Source: Phoronis australis (lineage: Eukaryota > Animalia > Phoronida). From it: DNA of 64,000 nt. Both the position numbers and the translations under genes were made by a program. How positions within the stretch are numbered: position 1 is the first letter of the stretch; each line of letters begins with the position of its first letter. Under the pieces are notes generated by a model. That model made no database searches. It was given only the letters and a program-made list of their open reading frames with translations, and was not told the DNA's origin. Positions 12,143-25,151 of this stretch are shown here, piece by piece. The DNA lies in NCBI GenBank assembly GCA_002633005.1, contig NMRA01000086.1, positions 248,001 to 312,000 on the forward strand, read 5' to 3'.

Positions 12143-14994
12143 TATGACTGTGTTATGTATGTGCCCTTTAAGGGTACCTGCAAGTAAATAGTTGTAAGTA
12201 CAACTGAATGTGGTGCAGGGCTTGAGCCTTAACTCGCTAAATGCAATCTGGCAAAGTTCTGAGGTCATCAATCTAGAACTTAGGTCACCAAAACACAGAC
12301 ACCCGGCATAAGAGAGTTGTGAAAGACTTGGCCTCAACAGATGATGTATAATTGGCTGCAACCGAAAATGAAATAAACAAGATACCAGAATTAAAGAGCC
12401 GCCGAACTGAGCAATATCCGCCAATTGGAGTTTTTTGGTTGAACAGAAAATTCAGAGAGCACCATGTGCTGCTCGATTACAACCAATTTCCCCTCAGGCC
12501 CAATATCCTGCACAGCCTCCCTCACCTGCCACAGCAGAAGCAAGGGATCAACACGTTACCTGTGCATGACTTATAAATGGGCTCTAAATTTTTGCCAAAC
12601 AATTCAAGCTCCCATTTGTTTACTTCCTATAGTTTTTTGAATGTGTGCTCCGATGTGCGCTCGAATGTGTTCAAGTCACCAAATCTTTGTTATGGTGCTT
12701 GCTCCTTAGTTACATTGAAGCAGTGATAGAAATTTGTTCTTTGCTCAAACAAAACAATATTTTCAAAGGTATATTCTCTCAAGAGCTGCCATTGAGCAAT
12801 GAATTCCAACTTTTCATTCAAATTCATACCCCTAATTGATAAGAGGATATTTTGTTGAAAACATGAGGCTCGGGAATTCCCAGTTCATGTTACAAATCGG
12901 CATGTGATCATCATATGACAGACATGATGAAAATAAAAATGCAGCAGTCTGGGACGATTTATAAATGGAAACCAAGTTACATTTCAGTAAGTGTGTACAG
13001 CTGGTCATCCATGATAACAGAAGTAACGTGCTGGACCCAAGTTTGGCCAATAATACAGCTAAAATTCAAATTACACATTTGTCAAACTGAATTTTTGAAT
13101 GTTATACATTGATCCAGAAACAAAAAATTGCCAAGACTGCTTGTTCTTACATTCTCTAACAATAACCGCAGAAACATTCTGTGAAAGCTCAAAAAATCAT
13201 GACTAGTTTAAAAATCAAACAATTTTAAAAATGAAGTAAATTGATAAAATTGTAACAATTCACCAACTTTTACGTGACCAGACCCAGTAATCCCTTTTTC
13301 ATAACAAGAGTAGCAATTTGACTAAGCCTCAGTGACAAATTATAACTTTGTCAGTAGCTATGAGCTTTTGAGAGAAACATCTTTCTTTTGTCATGGGGTC
13401 ACAAGTATTTACCCTTTTCAAGTAAAGTAACAACATGAAAATACAACACCATTAATCCCAACCACTTGGTAAGTCTGTGTGACTTATAAACCCATGTTCC
13501 CTCAACAAAATAGATTTCAACTTGTTTATTCAGTTTGAAGTGATTTTTGATCTTGCAAAGAACGGACAGTTTGTTACTGCTTAAGACCATGCAGTAGGAA
13601 TATAATGCCACACTTGTAAGGACTGGTGTCAAGTCAATAATGAACAATTATAGTTTCTGTCCAAGCCCAAAATTCAGGTAGAATTTGATTTTAAAAGAAC
13701 GATTTAAGACAAATTTTCTAACAGTAAGTAGATTAAACCAAAAGCTGTTCTTGTGATGGGAAGAGCAGGACTTGATGCATGTATTTTGTCTGCACAAAAG
13801 AACACGGTTAGTATCGCTTAACACTAATCAGTTACAAGGCTACTGAAGCGTAGTTCATGTCAGTGGGCCAGTTATAAGGCACATGCCAAATAGCAAAGAA
13901 GAACCAATTAACATTCATCAAGAAAGAAAGGGAAGTTGGGTTGTCAGTCATCATCTGGACTTGAAAAGTTAAGTGAGCATAAACCAGGCCACATTTAAAG
14001 AGGGTTGTTACACTTTTTAGAAGGCCTTTTGGGTCAATTTAGTAGCTTTACTTGAGAGATATTTTGAATCATTTTGCAAACAAAATTAATAAACAGAGCA
14101 GTTCCTCAAACCGGAAGTGGTGACATAGTGAAATTCTGAAAACAACAACAGGTTCTGTTCACAATGTTCCCTCACTTTCTGTCCTGTACAACTGCATCCA
14201 ATGGTTAAGACATAGGCAAAGTTTCAGTTCCAGTCCCATTCCATAATTTGCATTTGTATTGAACAATGGCACCAGAAACAGGTAGGAAAAAATTCTCCAA
14301 TTTGGGTTAGTGAAAAATAATTATTTTGCTCAAGATTGGAGATTGTGCCAAATTTCAGAAATAGGCCTACTGGCCATCCCAAATTCAAGAAATAAGAGAA
14401 AACAAATTTCGCATTGGTAGTTATATAAAACAATTTTATCTTAGATTTTGCCGATACAAAATAACAGTGCACAATATTTAGCATGCCTAACTTGTCCATG
14501 TCCCAATCTTCAGACTCAAGAAAATTCAATTTTACCTTGAATTTCAGTGTTCCAATTATTTTCGGTAATAAAACTACAGGATTCAACCGGTCAGACACAC
14601 AGGGTTTGTATTGTGGTACTAGCGTACAGAATTGTTAATATTGTTCGATATGTCAAAAAGATTTAAAATATTTTGCAAGATCTACATAACATACGCCAAT
14701 TTGACCAAAAACAACAAGTAACATTCTGATTTAAATGAATTTGTAGGCACGCACAGCCACCAGTATGACAGTGACCTGCCCTTTATGGCGCCTTTTGGGT
14801 GGCACACCGAGCATGAGGCAAACAAGAAAAATGTTACCTTTTGACTTCCCAGAATCGAGTCAAATTTCAGTGTCCAAAAGTACCACTTCTTCCTCGCCAA
14901 AATGTCAATAGGTACAGTACTCGAAAATTTTGCTACTAATAAACTGCAAGTCAGTTCCAATCGTCAAAACTGACTCTTAAATGCATGGAGCGTC

Positions 14995-15011
14995 CACACA
15001 CACGCACGCAC

Positions 15012-15054
<43 letters not shown>

Positions 15055-15062
15055 TACACACA
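14995..15062. repeat. (CA)n microsatellite, imperfect
   Basis: cacacacacgcacgcacacacgcacacacaca... run. Confidence 0.95.
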
Positions 15063-16309
15063 TCCGATAATTACCGCAAGGCGGAAGTTATAGTTCTTTG
15101 CATGACAATGAACACCGGATGAAAATAAGCAAGTTGTCAAAAGAAGGTCAAGTTGCGCTAGTTTAAATAACATAAGACCTCACTGCCCACTGCCCTCAAA
15201 CGTAGCGACAACTTATTCCAGAAGTAACCTAACTTGTTCTAGGTAAGTCTACGTGTGAACGGCACAAAAAAGTGTTCTAAACTACCATATACATTCACGA
15301 CATTCACAGAGTATGGCTCCACATTATTGCAGAGTATAGCCAACTCCCATAAATGACAACAACCACAGATCAATCATCTTCATGCAGTTAGCTATGCCAA
15401 GAATGTATAGTTGGTGCATAAAGCAGTCAAGGGAATCAACCTCAGACAGACTTATTGCAGGAGATAGGCTGAACTGTGAACCAACTAGTGACCTCAGACC
15501 ACCAACTGCTAGTAATTTAATGAATGAAACTGGTAAAGAAATAGCTGTGCAAGGCACCCAATCAATTCAGGCAGCCTCTTGGTCCAAGTCTATCTAAAAA
15601 CAAGAAGCCAAGTAATGGTCTTCTTTGGTTTAAAAGCTCGCAGCCTATGAAGATTAAAAGGTCGAGAATATTCTTGCATTCGTACTATGTCACAGTTGTC
15701 TTTCAAAAAATTGGTTCAAATTAATATTTCACAGGATCGAAAAAGATGGAAATCACAGCTCAATGGCCATATTGACCAAACACTCCTTATATCCTTCCTT
15801 CTACAAAAAAAAACTTGCACACAATCTCACAAATTCCCTCTACTTTACATACCCCCAATACCGTACCTTCAAATTGACCTGAGAGAAACTCGACACAAAA
15901 GGTAGTAAGTCAGATATCAAAAAGCCAAATAGCCCTATATAATAGGTGGCAACCATTGGTACACATCAGCCACATGGTCCAGTATCACAGGAGAACAATG
16001 TGACTAGTGTCTGTGTCCAACACAAGAGATAACTGCAAGCAGGTTTAATATGCAAATGCAGAAATTTAAAACAGCTATAAACCCATTTCCTGTCGAAGTA
16101 ACTGACTTTTAGTAGGGGACTCTTCATATTGGTGGAACTTTCTAGAATAACAAAAGCACGAAAGTGACATCTGATTGACCCTGACTAGGATTTGGTGGAT
16201 GAAATTGAAATACTATGAAGTGGTTCATAAATATAAGAGCAGAGGAATAAATTCCATGGTCGGTCCCTGCTCCCATTGTTTGAATAGTTTAAGTTCAGTA
16301 ATACATTTT

Positions 16310-16602
16310 AGCTTGTTGACACCGGCTGGGATCAAAATTCTCTCGCTTTATCGGCGGCAGCCATTGGCTTTGTGATGGTCATGGCTACATCTTTGCAGTG
16401 ATGTATGAAACAGGACTTCCTGGCTTATCAATTGATATTTTAAAAGGTTTGCCTTCTTTCGCAAGGCACTGGTACATCCCACCGCACAGCAGTGGAAATT
16501 TGCCGGCATTATAACAGCAGGAAAGGTTTTAAAACGCTGTTTATACCATCCAGTAGGTTGAAACTTCCCGTCCACATTACAGAGGGTCTATAGACGGCCC
16601 TG
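16310..16602 (-). pseudogene. Degenerate THAP-domain fragment, probably a DNA-transposon relic
   Basis: MPANFHCCAVGCTS...FH, then in a shifted frame QWLPPIKRENFDP, resembling the THAP C-x4-C and W-x3-I-x-R motifs. A TIR-like CAGGGCCGTCTA lies just upstream at 16602-16591. Confidence 0.45.
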
Positions 16603-18872
16603 AGCACCTGTCCCCCAAAGACCTGATCCACATCTTGCAAGTTAGTATATTTCAATATGGCGCAGCTAATTTCAAAGTCATCTATTTAGAGCATATACAA
16701 TTATAAAACTGGTCTCAACTTGTTCCTTACCCAGACAACAAGTGATTTTTGGCCTTGTAAATAACTGGCAGTTAGCTACATTTCGAGACCATACTTGGAA
16801 CATAAAATGACACGTGACAAATCAATTTGTAGAGCCTGTACTTAAGCAATACTAAACTGTCCGTTCTTTCCAAGCCCGGAAATTACTTCCATTTTGACAC
16901 AGGAAAATTTGAGACCAATTTCATAATGGTTTAAAGAAATCTAAATCAAAAGTTATTTTTGTGAAGGAAGTTGGGTTTATATCCACTTTGACAGGGAGGA
17001 CCCACTTTTCAACAAGCCTATATATCAATGTTGTAGCCAAAAGACAGTTCAGTTGTTCGTCACAGGCTTTCTATTTACAAGTAATGCACAGACAGCTTCC
17101 CAAATGGTTCCAATAAATGCAGTTAACTTGAACTCTGTGGTAGCACTGCTAACTGCTGTGATGCATTTAACTGACTTCCTTAAATCAATACTTCATAAAA
17201 ATACCAAGGTATTTAGTAATTTTCACAAATGGGACCAATATTTAAGGGTAGCCAGTTGCCCTCTCTTATGAATGGCAACATCAAGGCCTTCTCACCACAG
17301 TGTGCTTTCCGCATGAACTCGAGTTTTTCTCACACAAGACAGCTATTGGATGTTTGGGTACCAAATTAAAAGTTTGGGACCTCAAATTTAAGTAGGCAAC
17401 CACAGGTGCGATTTCTGTTTTATTTTAAGTATCTTTTGGGAGACAACTTCACTGAAGCATAATTTGCTCACAATTTCAGGTTCATAGGCAAGGTGCAATC
17501 ACTTCTGGTAAATTGTGAACTGAGCTCCAATTAGTGAAAAGTGTACAGAATTGGTAAAAATAAATAATGGCCAACAGGTGGCACTCTGTCTCATGGCACT
17601 CAAAGTTAACGCATGTGATTGCTCCAAAAATTTGTTTTAATGCAGAATAATGGACTAACAGCATTGTTTTCATGTCAGTAACCAAGGGAAGAGTGTTTCT
17701 TCATGACAGTAATTTTGTGCCAGACTTTGCTGCGCTATTTACTCAGACAGGCCCAAGTTGGGAATGTTAAATGCAGCTTCACACCAATGCCAAGGTGGCC
17801 TATGACATGGCATCCGTCTGAGCCAGCTTTGCTGGTCTAGTTCAGACACTAACACTGTCTATCATATTTGATGGCTCATACCTGGGCAGTGAAAAAGTTA
17901 ACAGAAACAAAAAGTGGGGTTGTCTTATGGCACAAACATATGCTTCAATGAGGGTATGGAAAGAGGCATTTTCACAACTGCCAATCTTATAAGTTCTTAC
18001 ATCCTGGCCAAATTAAGACTACTGCTGTCAAAAAATGCATGAGGCTTTTTAGCGCAAGATGCTACTTTCCGCAGGGCCCTCAATGATTTTAAAAATAATC
18101 AAACAACATTCCCCTCATCAAGCTAATCATCTAATCATAAAAAACGCTCAAGGTTACAATCGGTTCTATAAAATATCTTGAGGCATTGTGATGAGAGATG
18201 GTACAAGTGGGGGGAAAGTTTTTGGTTCACTGTTTACGTTTTGCCGCCTGCAACACTTGGAAGCATTTAATAATTTAAATCAAAGTTTTCTTAAAGTAAA
18301 TGAGCATGAGTAAAAATGCAAACAACAAAAATGATCATGACCAATGATTATGCAGAGGAGGCAGTGTGACCTAGTTTTATAGGTGCCAGCTTTTTTTACT
18401 TGATGTCGTGGGCTCGAGTCACACTGGGCCTCACTCCTAGACCCTCGAGCCAGGTTTCTAGCTCCTCAGCTCAGTTTAAATTACATATTAATAAAGCATA
18501 TAAAAATGGTTCCAGGTGATCAGTAATGCGTACCTGACTAACTGAATTTGATGGGTTTGAAGACAAACAACTCAGTAGGCCCAAAGACTGGAGGAAGGTC
18601 AATCGTGAGTACATTGTTGACTGTACGGTCTTGGGTACACTGAACTGACAATACTACTAACTTTGGCATCCGCCTTTCAATGCACTTTTCCTTATCAAAT
18701 CCAGGCTTATAGCCCCAGGACTTTCTTTTGTTAATTGTTACAAAATTTCAGCTGCACTTTTCTGCTAATGGGTTTAGAGTAATTTTATTGGCTTCAGCTA
18801 CAGGTATACACAACTTTTGTCGTCATAAGATCTCAACAACCTAATTTAAAACCAGATGGTGCTCAGATTCAC

Positions 18873-19810
18873 TAGGCAATGACCATCGTCTCTGTTGGCC
18901 TGACCAGAAGCGCCTATAGGAGCTGCCGGAAGCTTTTCGGCGAATTATGCCTCGCACCGGCTAAAACATCAAAGTCACGTTGTTATAAATACCTTTTGCG
19001 CATAGAGGAACACCTTAGGAGGTTGTCGTTGTGTTTAATTCCTTCCAACTCAAACAAATACTCCCGTTATCAAACTTTTTCTTCGAGCAGTCCCTATTTC
19101 AGTTCCCAAAATCGTAAACTCACCATTTTTATACTGCGCACATTCCAATTTTTACCGCGCTCGCTAGGTGATGCGACTTCATGACCTCAATCTTTAAATA
19201 GGCCAAAGGTGAACCATTGCGGTCTTGTCAGTCAAATGTTCGTTTCCAAAATGCCACCACTACTCGTCTTTAATAGGCGTTACTTGAAACTGATTGCATT
19301 TCAATGGATTATTGTTTGTATTTGATAAAAATAAATGCTGTTGATATGACATAATAGTCTTTGCGCACATATTTGACACTTTAATGTTTGACAACACGGC
19401 AAATGCCCGGCTGGTTCCCGGCAGCACGTACGCAGACGGCGGGGACTTCAGCTTTCAAAGTTCGCCGGTAGGACTGCAACTTATGACCTTCGGCCTGGTT
19501 AAAAGAATGAGGTCATATCTCTTGGCGTGTGCTGAGTGAAAATGGTCAGTTCATGATTTTGGGAACTGAAATAGAGACTGCTCGAAGAAAAAGTTTGATA
19601 ACGGGAGTATTTGTTCGAGTTGGAAGGAATTAAACACATCGACAACCTCCTAAAGGTGTCCCTCTATGCGCAAAAGGTAGTTATAACAACGTGACTTTGA
19701 TGTTTTAGTCGGTGCGAGGCATAGTTTGCCGAAAAGCTTCCAGCATATGGAACACCTATAGGAGCTGCATCGCCTCTGGTCGGGCCATCAGAGGCGATGG
19801 TCATTGCCTA
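18873..19810. mobile_element. Non-autonomous foldback DNA transposon (Mutator-like by long TIRs and 9-bp TSD)
   Basis: About 270-290-bp imperfect inverted arms TAGGCAATGACCATCG...CGATGGTCATTGCCTA, flanked by the exact direct repeat CAGATTCAC (18864-18872 and 19811-19819). No transposase ORF. Confidence 0.9.
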
Positions 19811-20328
19811 CAGATTCACACGAGACAAACACACCGTCTTCACTGTTCAACATGACGCATCTAGCTTTTGTTTCGTTATACGTTATTGCCTACTTTTATG
19901 TCCGGGATGAAATTGGAAAAACAAAAGGGTGCGCTACATGATTAAGAGAACCAGGTTTATCCAGTAAGTAGCAGTGATTGCCCGTTCTTTAAATCAGGGA
20001 CCATTTATCAGTCAAGTGCCAAGTGCCAAGATTTAAAGGGCCGTTATTCATTTCATGGTCGAAAAATGCACTTTGGGAAGCAACAAAGAATTAGGCATCC
20101 AACTAAATGTATGAAGACTATCGTCAAAATACAGAGTTCTCGGAATCTCTGTGAGTTGTCACACAACGCCAATGCGAAGGCAGTCTAGCATGCTGCATAG
20201 TGAAAGTGAAGTAAAATACCTGACGAACAACACACGAGTCTGAGAGCGTAGAATTTTCTGCCGAAGACAAAGCTAGTCTCATTCTTAGGCACAGTGAAAA
20301 TTTTACCAAATCCATGCTTTGTCCTTAC

Positions 20329-20420
20329 CTGGTGAGAAATCTTTGAAAAAACTGCGTGTTTTCTGCTGTTCTAGAATCTTCCAAACCATGAAACAGAAAC
20401 CAAACAAAATATGGCGATGT
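20329..20420 (-). promoter_or_regulatory. Putative DNAJB6-like promoter/non-coding first exon with heat-shock element
   Basis: Perfect HSE gTTCtaGAAtcTTCc at 20368-20382, YY1-like AATATGGCG at ~20408-20416, and minus-strand donor CAG|GTAAGG at 20329/20328. The first coding exon has an upstream acceptor at 12178-12179, so a 5' exon is needed. Confidence 0.55.
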
Positions 20421-20790
20421 GTAGTTTACAGGCTACTATTTTTAGAACAAAAATCCGGTGAAATGTGCAGACACAGTTTGAAATTACCATGGCTACATAA
20501 TTAATGATAAAATAAATGAAGCTAAAAATAAAGTAATAAAATTAGATGGAGAATGTTTTAGATATTATTAAAAATGGTTAATACCACTTTTCCTAAAGAT
20601 GGCGCAGCATTATACCATGTAGCTGAATTTGGTTTCGAGAGTACCTCTCTGACGATAACATTGGTGCACACTGTTTACAGTCAGCGGGGGCCCGGGGTGA
20701 GTTGAGTACGTCCACGCAGTGAGGACGTGTTTGTGGCTTGTGCTTGGGTCCAGGGGCTGATCTAGGATTTTGCGTTGGGGGAAGGGTAGA

Positions 20791-20921
20791 GTGTTAGCCA
20801 GGATTTTGCCCCTCAGATTGACATTCGCACCCGGCCCCGAACTGCCAAAGTCACGAGGAATTGGGAGAATTTTAATTAGGGGGGCCATGGCCCCCTTGTC
20901 CCTCCCTTACATCCGCCACTG
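20791..20921. mobile_element. Small MITE-like element (CAGGGGCTGATC...ATCCGCCACTG termini)
   Basis: Imperfect terminal inverted repeats. Similar ends occur at ~22107-22121 (minus), 27537 (cagtggcggatctagg) and ~38075 (aggggcgggatccagg). No clear TSD. Confidence 0.45.
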
Positions 20922-22354
20922 GGGCCGGTACAAGATGGATTGATGCTAATTGTATATTCTGTATTAGTTGACAATGTACCGTTTTCCTTAGATTTATCTA
21001 CATTAGTATGTTTTTTTTATACTTTACACCACGTCTACATCGCACGGGCCGTGGAAAAGTGACTCGGGCCACTTTTTAAAGAAAAATGACTCTCGCTCCC
21101 GCGTCTAGAAGGGAGCCCCACTGGGTGAATGGAGGTTCAACCAGGTAGGCCTAGCTATAATGGGGGATAGCCTAGTGGACCCGGATTGGGGCGAAAGAGG
21201 GTCAGTGATCGAGGACCGTCCAAAAAGCGCCGACGGCGCCTCAGTGAAACGGGGTCACGTGGTGTAGCAGTAAGTAAAACATTTATTTTACATCGATATA
21301 AAATAGATTAACAGCAAAACAATAGCACAAGTGCTATTGACCGATATAAAATGAGAAATGAATATCGATGTAGCCGATAGAATTATAAGGGCTTGAGTGT
21401 ACAGAAAGTATATACAAAAACGTACATGACTTATCAAGCATCAAAACACAGTATTTCACAACGTAGGCATTGTTGTCATTCACAAGCGACTTAACTTAGT
21501 AATAAAGGTATAATTGAGATGTTGGCAACATAATACATTCAGGTCACTTCAGTTCCATAGAGATAGCCCCTGGTCAGGGTGGTGAATAGAGTTAAGCCCA
21601 TGGGATGCCGTGGCGAACCTTGCAACACACATTCGCGCGCACCCTGCCTAAGATATAGGGTGCTTGAATTTTTCGGTATGCGGACGGACCTTTCACTGAA
21701 AGAAATCAACGAGGACTAAAAAAAGTTCTGGCCCACGGACCGTGCATCCGCGCCGACGGGATTTCAGTGGACTTTTGTCTTGTTTCATTATACTCGCACT
21801 TATTGCTTCACTGAGGCGGACGTTTTTGCCCAATTCGCCAAATTAGGGGGCTCGTTCGAGCCCCCCCCCCCTGAACAAAAAGCGGAGTGGAGTTTGATTT
21901 GCACAGTAAAATGGAATACGACGACTGCATGGTCATTGAAAAAAATTAAGGCCCCATATTGAATCTTTTCCATTTTCGGGATTTCTGAACACCACATAAG
22001 TGCCAAACGAGAGAATAACAGCTAAAATAGTGAACGAATACATGCATAATGTAGTAGGGAGGGGGCCTCGCCAGCTTCCTAAGTACAGGGCCCACACGTT
22101 TTTTTTCTAAATCTGCCTCTGGATGGAACGCGCGCGCGTATAGCCATGCACTCAGGCCAAAAGGCAATCGCCGGAATCCCCCTGACAGTCTTCACACAGC
22201 TAGCTGGCTGGCTCATGGAACACCAGATCATCTAACGCTTAATGGAAAGAACATAACGGGCAACTCTGTTGCTCATCCCATTGCAACACCGCGAGAGAGG
22301 AAAAGGCCGTTCAAGATATTCAGTGTAAAAGGGGAATTGCCTCCGGCCGCCACT

Positions 22355-22430
22355 ACGAGAGAGAATCCCGTCTGAGAGACGGGGAAAAAAACTCGACCGA
22401 TAGGCGTCAGTAGTGACAGGGAAAATGCAG
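22355..22430 (-). mobile_element. Possible degenerate 3' end of a CR1/L2-group LINE ORF2
   Basis: Peptide TTDAYRSSFFPR followed by a frameshifted RRDSL, resembling the SFFPR...WN.L C-terminal motif of CR1-group retrotransposons. Confidence 0.35.
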
Positions 22431-24739
22431 AGAGACATAAGCATAAAAAGGTAGCGGTAGTAAAAATTCACAAAAACAGGAAAATAGAGGCAGTCGATTC
22501 TATTCAGTACTGGGTCTCCTCTCCGTGAGCGGCCCCTTAATAAGATATCAATAAAAAAACACGAAAACGATATAAAATTTCAAAAAACACGAAATGATGC
22601 TATCTGTCAAGTTCTCAACATTTATCAAATGATATACAATTTTGAGGAAAAAAAAACGAAAAAAGAGCGACAGATCCAAAGAGGGGTTTATGGAGAAATA
22701 GTTTTGCATTCCCTAAAATTGTTTTCTCGAATTTAGAAATCTGCAAAAGTATCGCTTTACAAATTTTCTCGACTTTTGTATGAATGATTATGTGTTCGTT
22801 TTCAAGTGCGTATTCATAGGCGACCTATGCGGCAAAAATGGGCCCCCTAACAACACTGTCCTGGCCAGGGCCCTCAAAGGGTAAATCAAGCACTGCATAG
22901 TAGATGACAAATGTTCTCTCGAATTTTCTCTCTCCTACCGGGAACTTCCGAAAATGGGCTCACGGGCGGACATTCGTAAATGATTAAAACCGAATATACG
23001 CCAGGACGTCTTTTCGGAAATGGAGGCATATTTTCGACAACTGTGTCAAACATTTTATAATTCAGTTTTAAAGCAAATGATTATCATTAATAATTCACTA
23101 AATACTGTTTTCAAAGAATATAAAAAATGAACAGTCCTACTGAGACCTTAAATTAACGACTGTTAATTGGTTTGTACTGATGAAGGATCACTGTAAATAA
23201 TTCAATAAGGTATACAACAAACATGATTTGTGCAGTTTTGTTAAAAAATTAGAAGTGAAGTTTTTAAATAAACGCTTCCTTTTCAATGTATGAAGTTGTA
23301 TCTAACTAGTAATTTTTTTTTGTCCATAACTATTTCGAATTCAGCAAACACAGCATTTCAACTATCCTTCATATTTTGTTTAATACGATTAGTTACTAAC
23401 AAATTCACCCAATACCTTATGCCATTTGAGTGATATCGCGATCCCAAATATACCTTGCCAAAATAAACAAAATTTCATATCAAATATTACATACATTATT
23501 TTAGAACACTCCAAAAAGTTCAAAACGTCCAAAAACGTTACGATAATACACCCAAACGCGTACTTTCGGGTGGGCCTATTTCGGAAAATCCCCGTTAATG
23601 TATTGCTTTCTTTTCTCGACTGCACCCGGACTAGCCCCAATGCCTGTCGGTTACCACGGTTTGACCCCCCCCCCCTTCCTAGGGCCCAGTTAGCGTATAA
23701 GATTACATATAGGATTTTCGTAGTTTCGATAAGACTGTGACATTGGTGAATGGGAGTACTCATGGATCAACTGTCAGTAGTACTGGACGTCATGTGGTCC
23801 ATTGAGAAAAACTTCGAGACAAAAGTGATTTCATGTAGTAAAAAAGTAAAATCTGAAGAAAATCGGACTTGCCCGTGTCTAACAATTGTACAGGAGTACT
23901 TGTATATGCACCCCCATTAGGCCTATACAAAGGTCCTATAAATCGGAGTGTGCAAAGGGTTTAGGCCCGCCAACACAACCGTCTTCTCATAATATACTGT
24001 TCTGAATTGAATTTCAATGATGTACTGTTGTTTGATATCAATGAGGTTTTGGCACAATGGGCAGGTGTCTTTTTTGGTTTATGGATATGACTAGTTTTGG
24101 GCGGGATGTCTTGGACTACTTGCAGGTTTCCTGTTATAAACTCTGTCTACACACTCCCTCTGACGTACACCACGCTATATTTAAGAATTGGATTGTCTAG
24201 ACAGTGGTCCGATTGACATACAGCACTACATATAGGATTGATGCTATTTAATGAGTGATGTAGTTTGGTGTGAATGAAAAAAGTCATGGATCGTCTGAGT
24301 GCGTTATATTGTTGATTTCTCAAATAATCCATATAAAAACTTCATGACTTTGTGGTACTTACACACAAGTGACCAAAAAAAAACAAAAAAGAACAAACAA
24401 AAGTCGGAGCAAAATCGGTTGCACTGTATGCAGATGTGTGTGGTCAACAGCTGTATGGAGACGGTTCATAGCAAATCAATGGAGATATTTGCCATGGGCA
24501 CCTGCACACAAGTAAAATGCAGACAAGAATTTGGATCTGAAGGAATTCAAGGACTTCCACGGTTGCTTGGTCGTCCTGACCACGTTCAACACAAGTCAAT
24601 CAGATAAAATATTATGAGCTTCAAGAGCTAATTTTGCCCCAGATGGTAAAATTCTACCATGCCTACATAAATCGAAGATGATCCACCTCCTCAACAACTT
24701 GGCTGCAGCAAAAACTCCACAAGAAGATCAGAAATGGTA

Positions 24740-25151
24740 AGATGGGATGCTCCAAGTAACAAGGTAGCTCAAGTGGTATATGGAATCATTCTTCTCCAGA
24801 CGGGATGCTCCAAGTCACAAGGTAGCTCAAGTGAGTATATGGAATCATTCTTCTCCAGATGGGATGCTCCAAGTCACAAGGTAACTCAAGTGGTATATGG
24901 AATCATTCTTCTCCAGATGGGATGCTCCAAGTCACAAGGTAGCTCAAGTGGTATATGGAATCATTCTTCTCCAGATGGGATACTCCAAGTCACAACGTAG
25001 CTCAAGTGGTAGATGGAATTACTCTTCTCCAGATGGGATGCTCCAAGTCACAAGGTTGCTCAAGTGGTATATGGAATCATTCTTCTCCAGATGGGATACT
25101 CCAAGTCACAAGGTAGCTCAAGTGGTAGATGGAATTACTCTTCTCCAGATG
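24740..25151. repeat. 58-bp minisatellite, 7 copies
   Basis: Unit gatgggatgctccaagtcacaaggtagctcaagtggtatatggaatcattcttctcca starts at 24741, 24799, 24858, 24916, 24974, 25032 and 25090, with no spacers. Confidence 0.95.

Noticed and set aside
18879-19184. Similar ORFs at 18879/55209 and 36245/54593 suggesting small gene families
   Set aside because: They lie in non-coding repeat arms. The similarity reflects DNA repeats and the frames are not conserved.
21090-21270. GC-rich patch as a structured ncRNA or ribozyme
   Set aside because: I could not build a hammerhead, HDV or snRNA consensus. The CTGATGA occurrences I checked elsewhere also lacked a hammerhead core.
23389-23763. Overlapping antisense ORFs of 104-124 aa
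   Set aside because: No recognisable domain or splice context. Probably repeat-derived.
24740-25151. CRISPR-like array or repeat-protein ORFs (24734-25259)
   Set aside because: The units are contiguous with no unique spacers and the context is eukaryotic. The 58-bp period is not a multiple of 3, so the ORFs are by-products.
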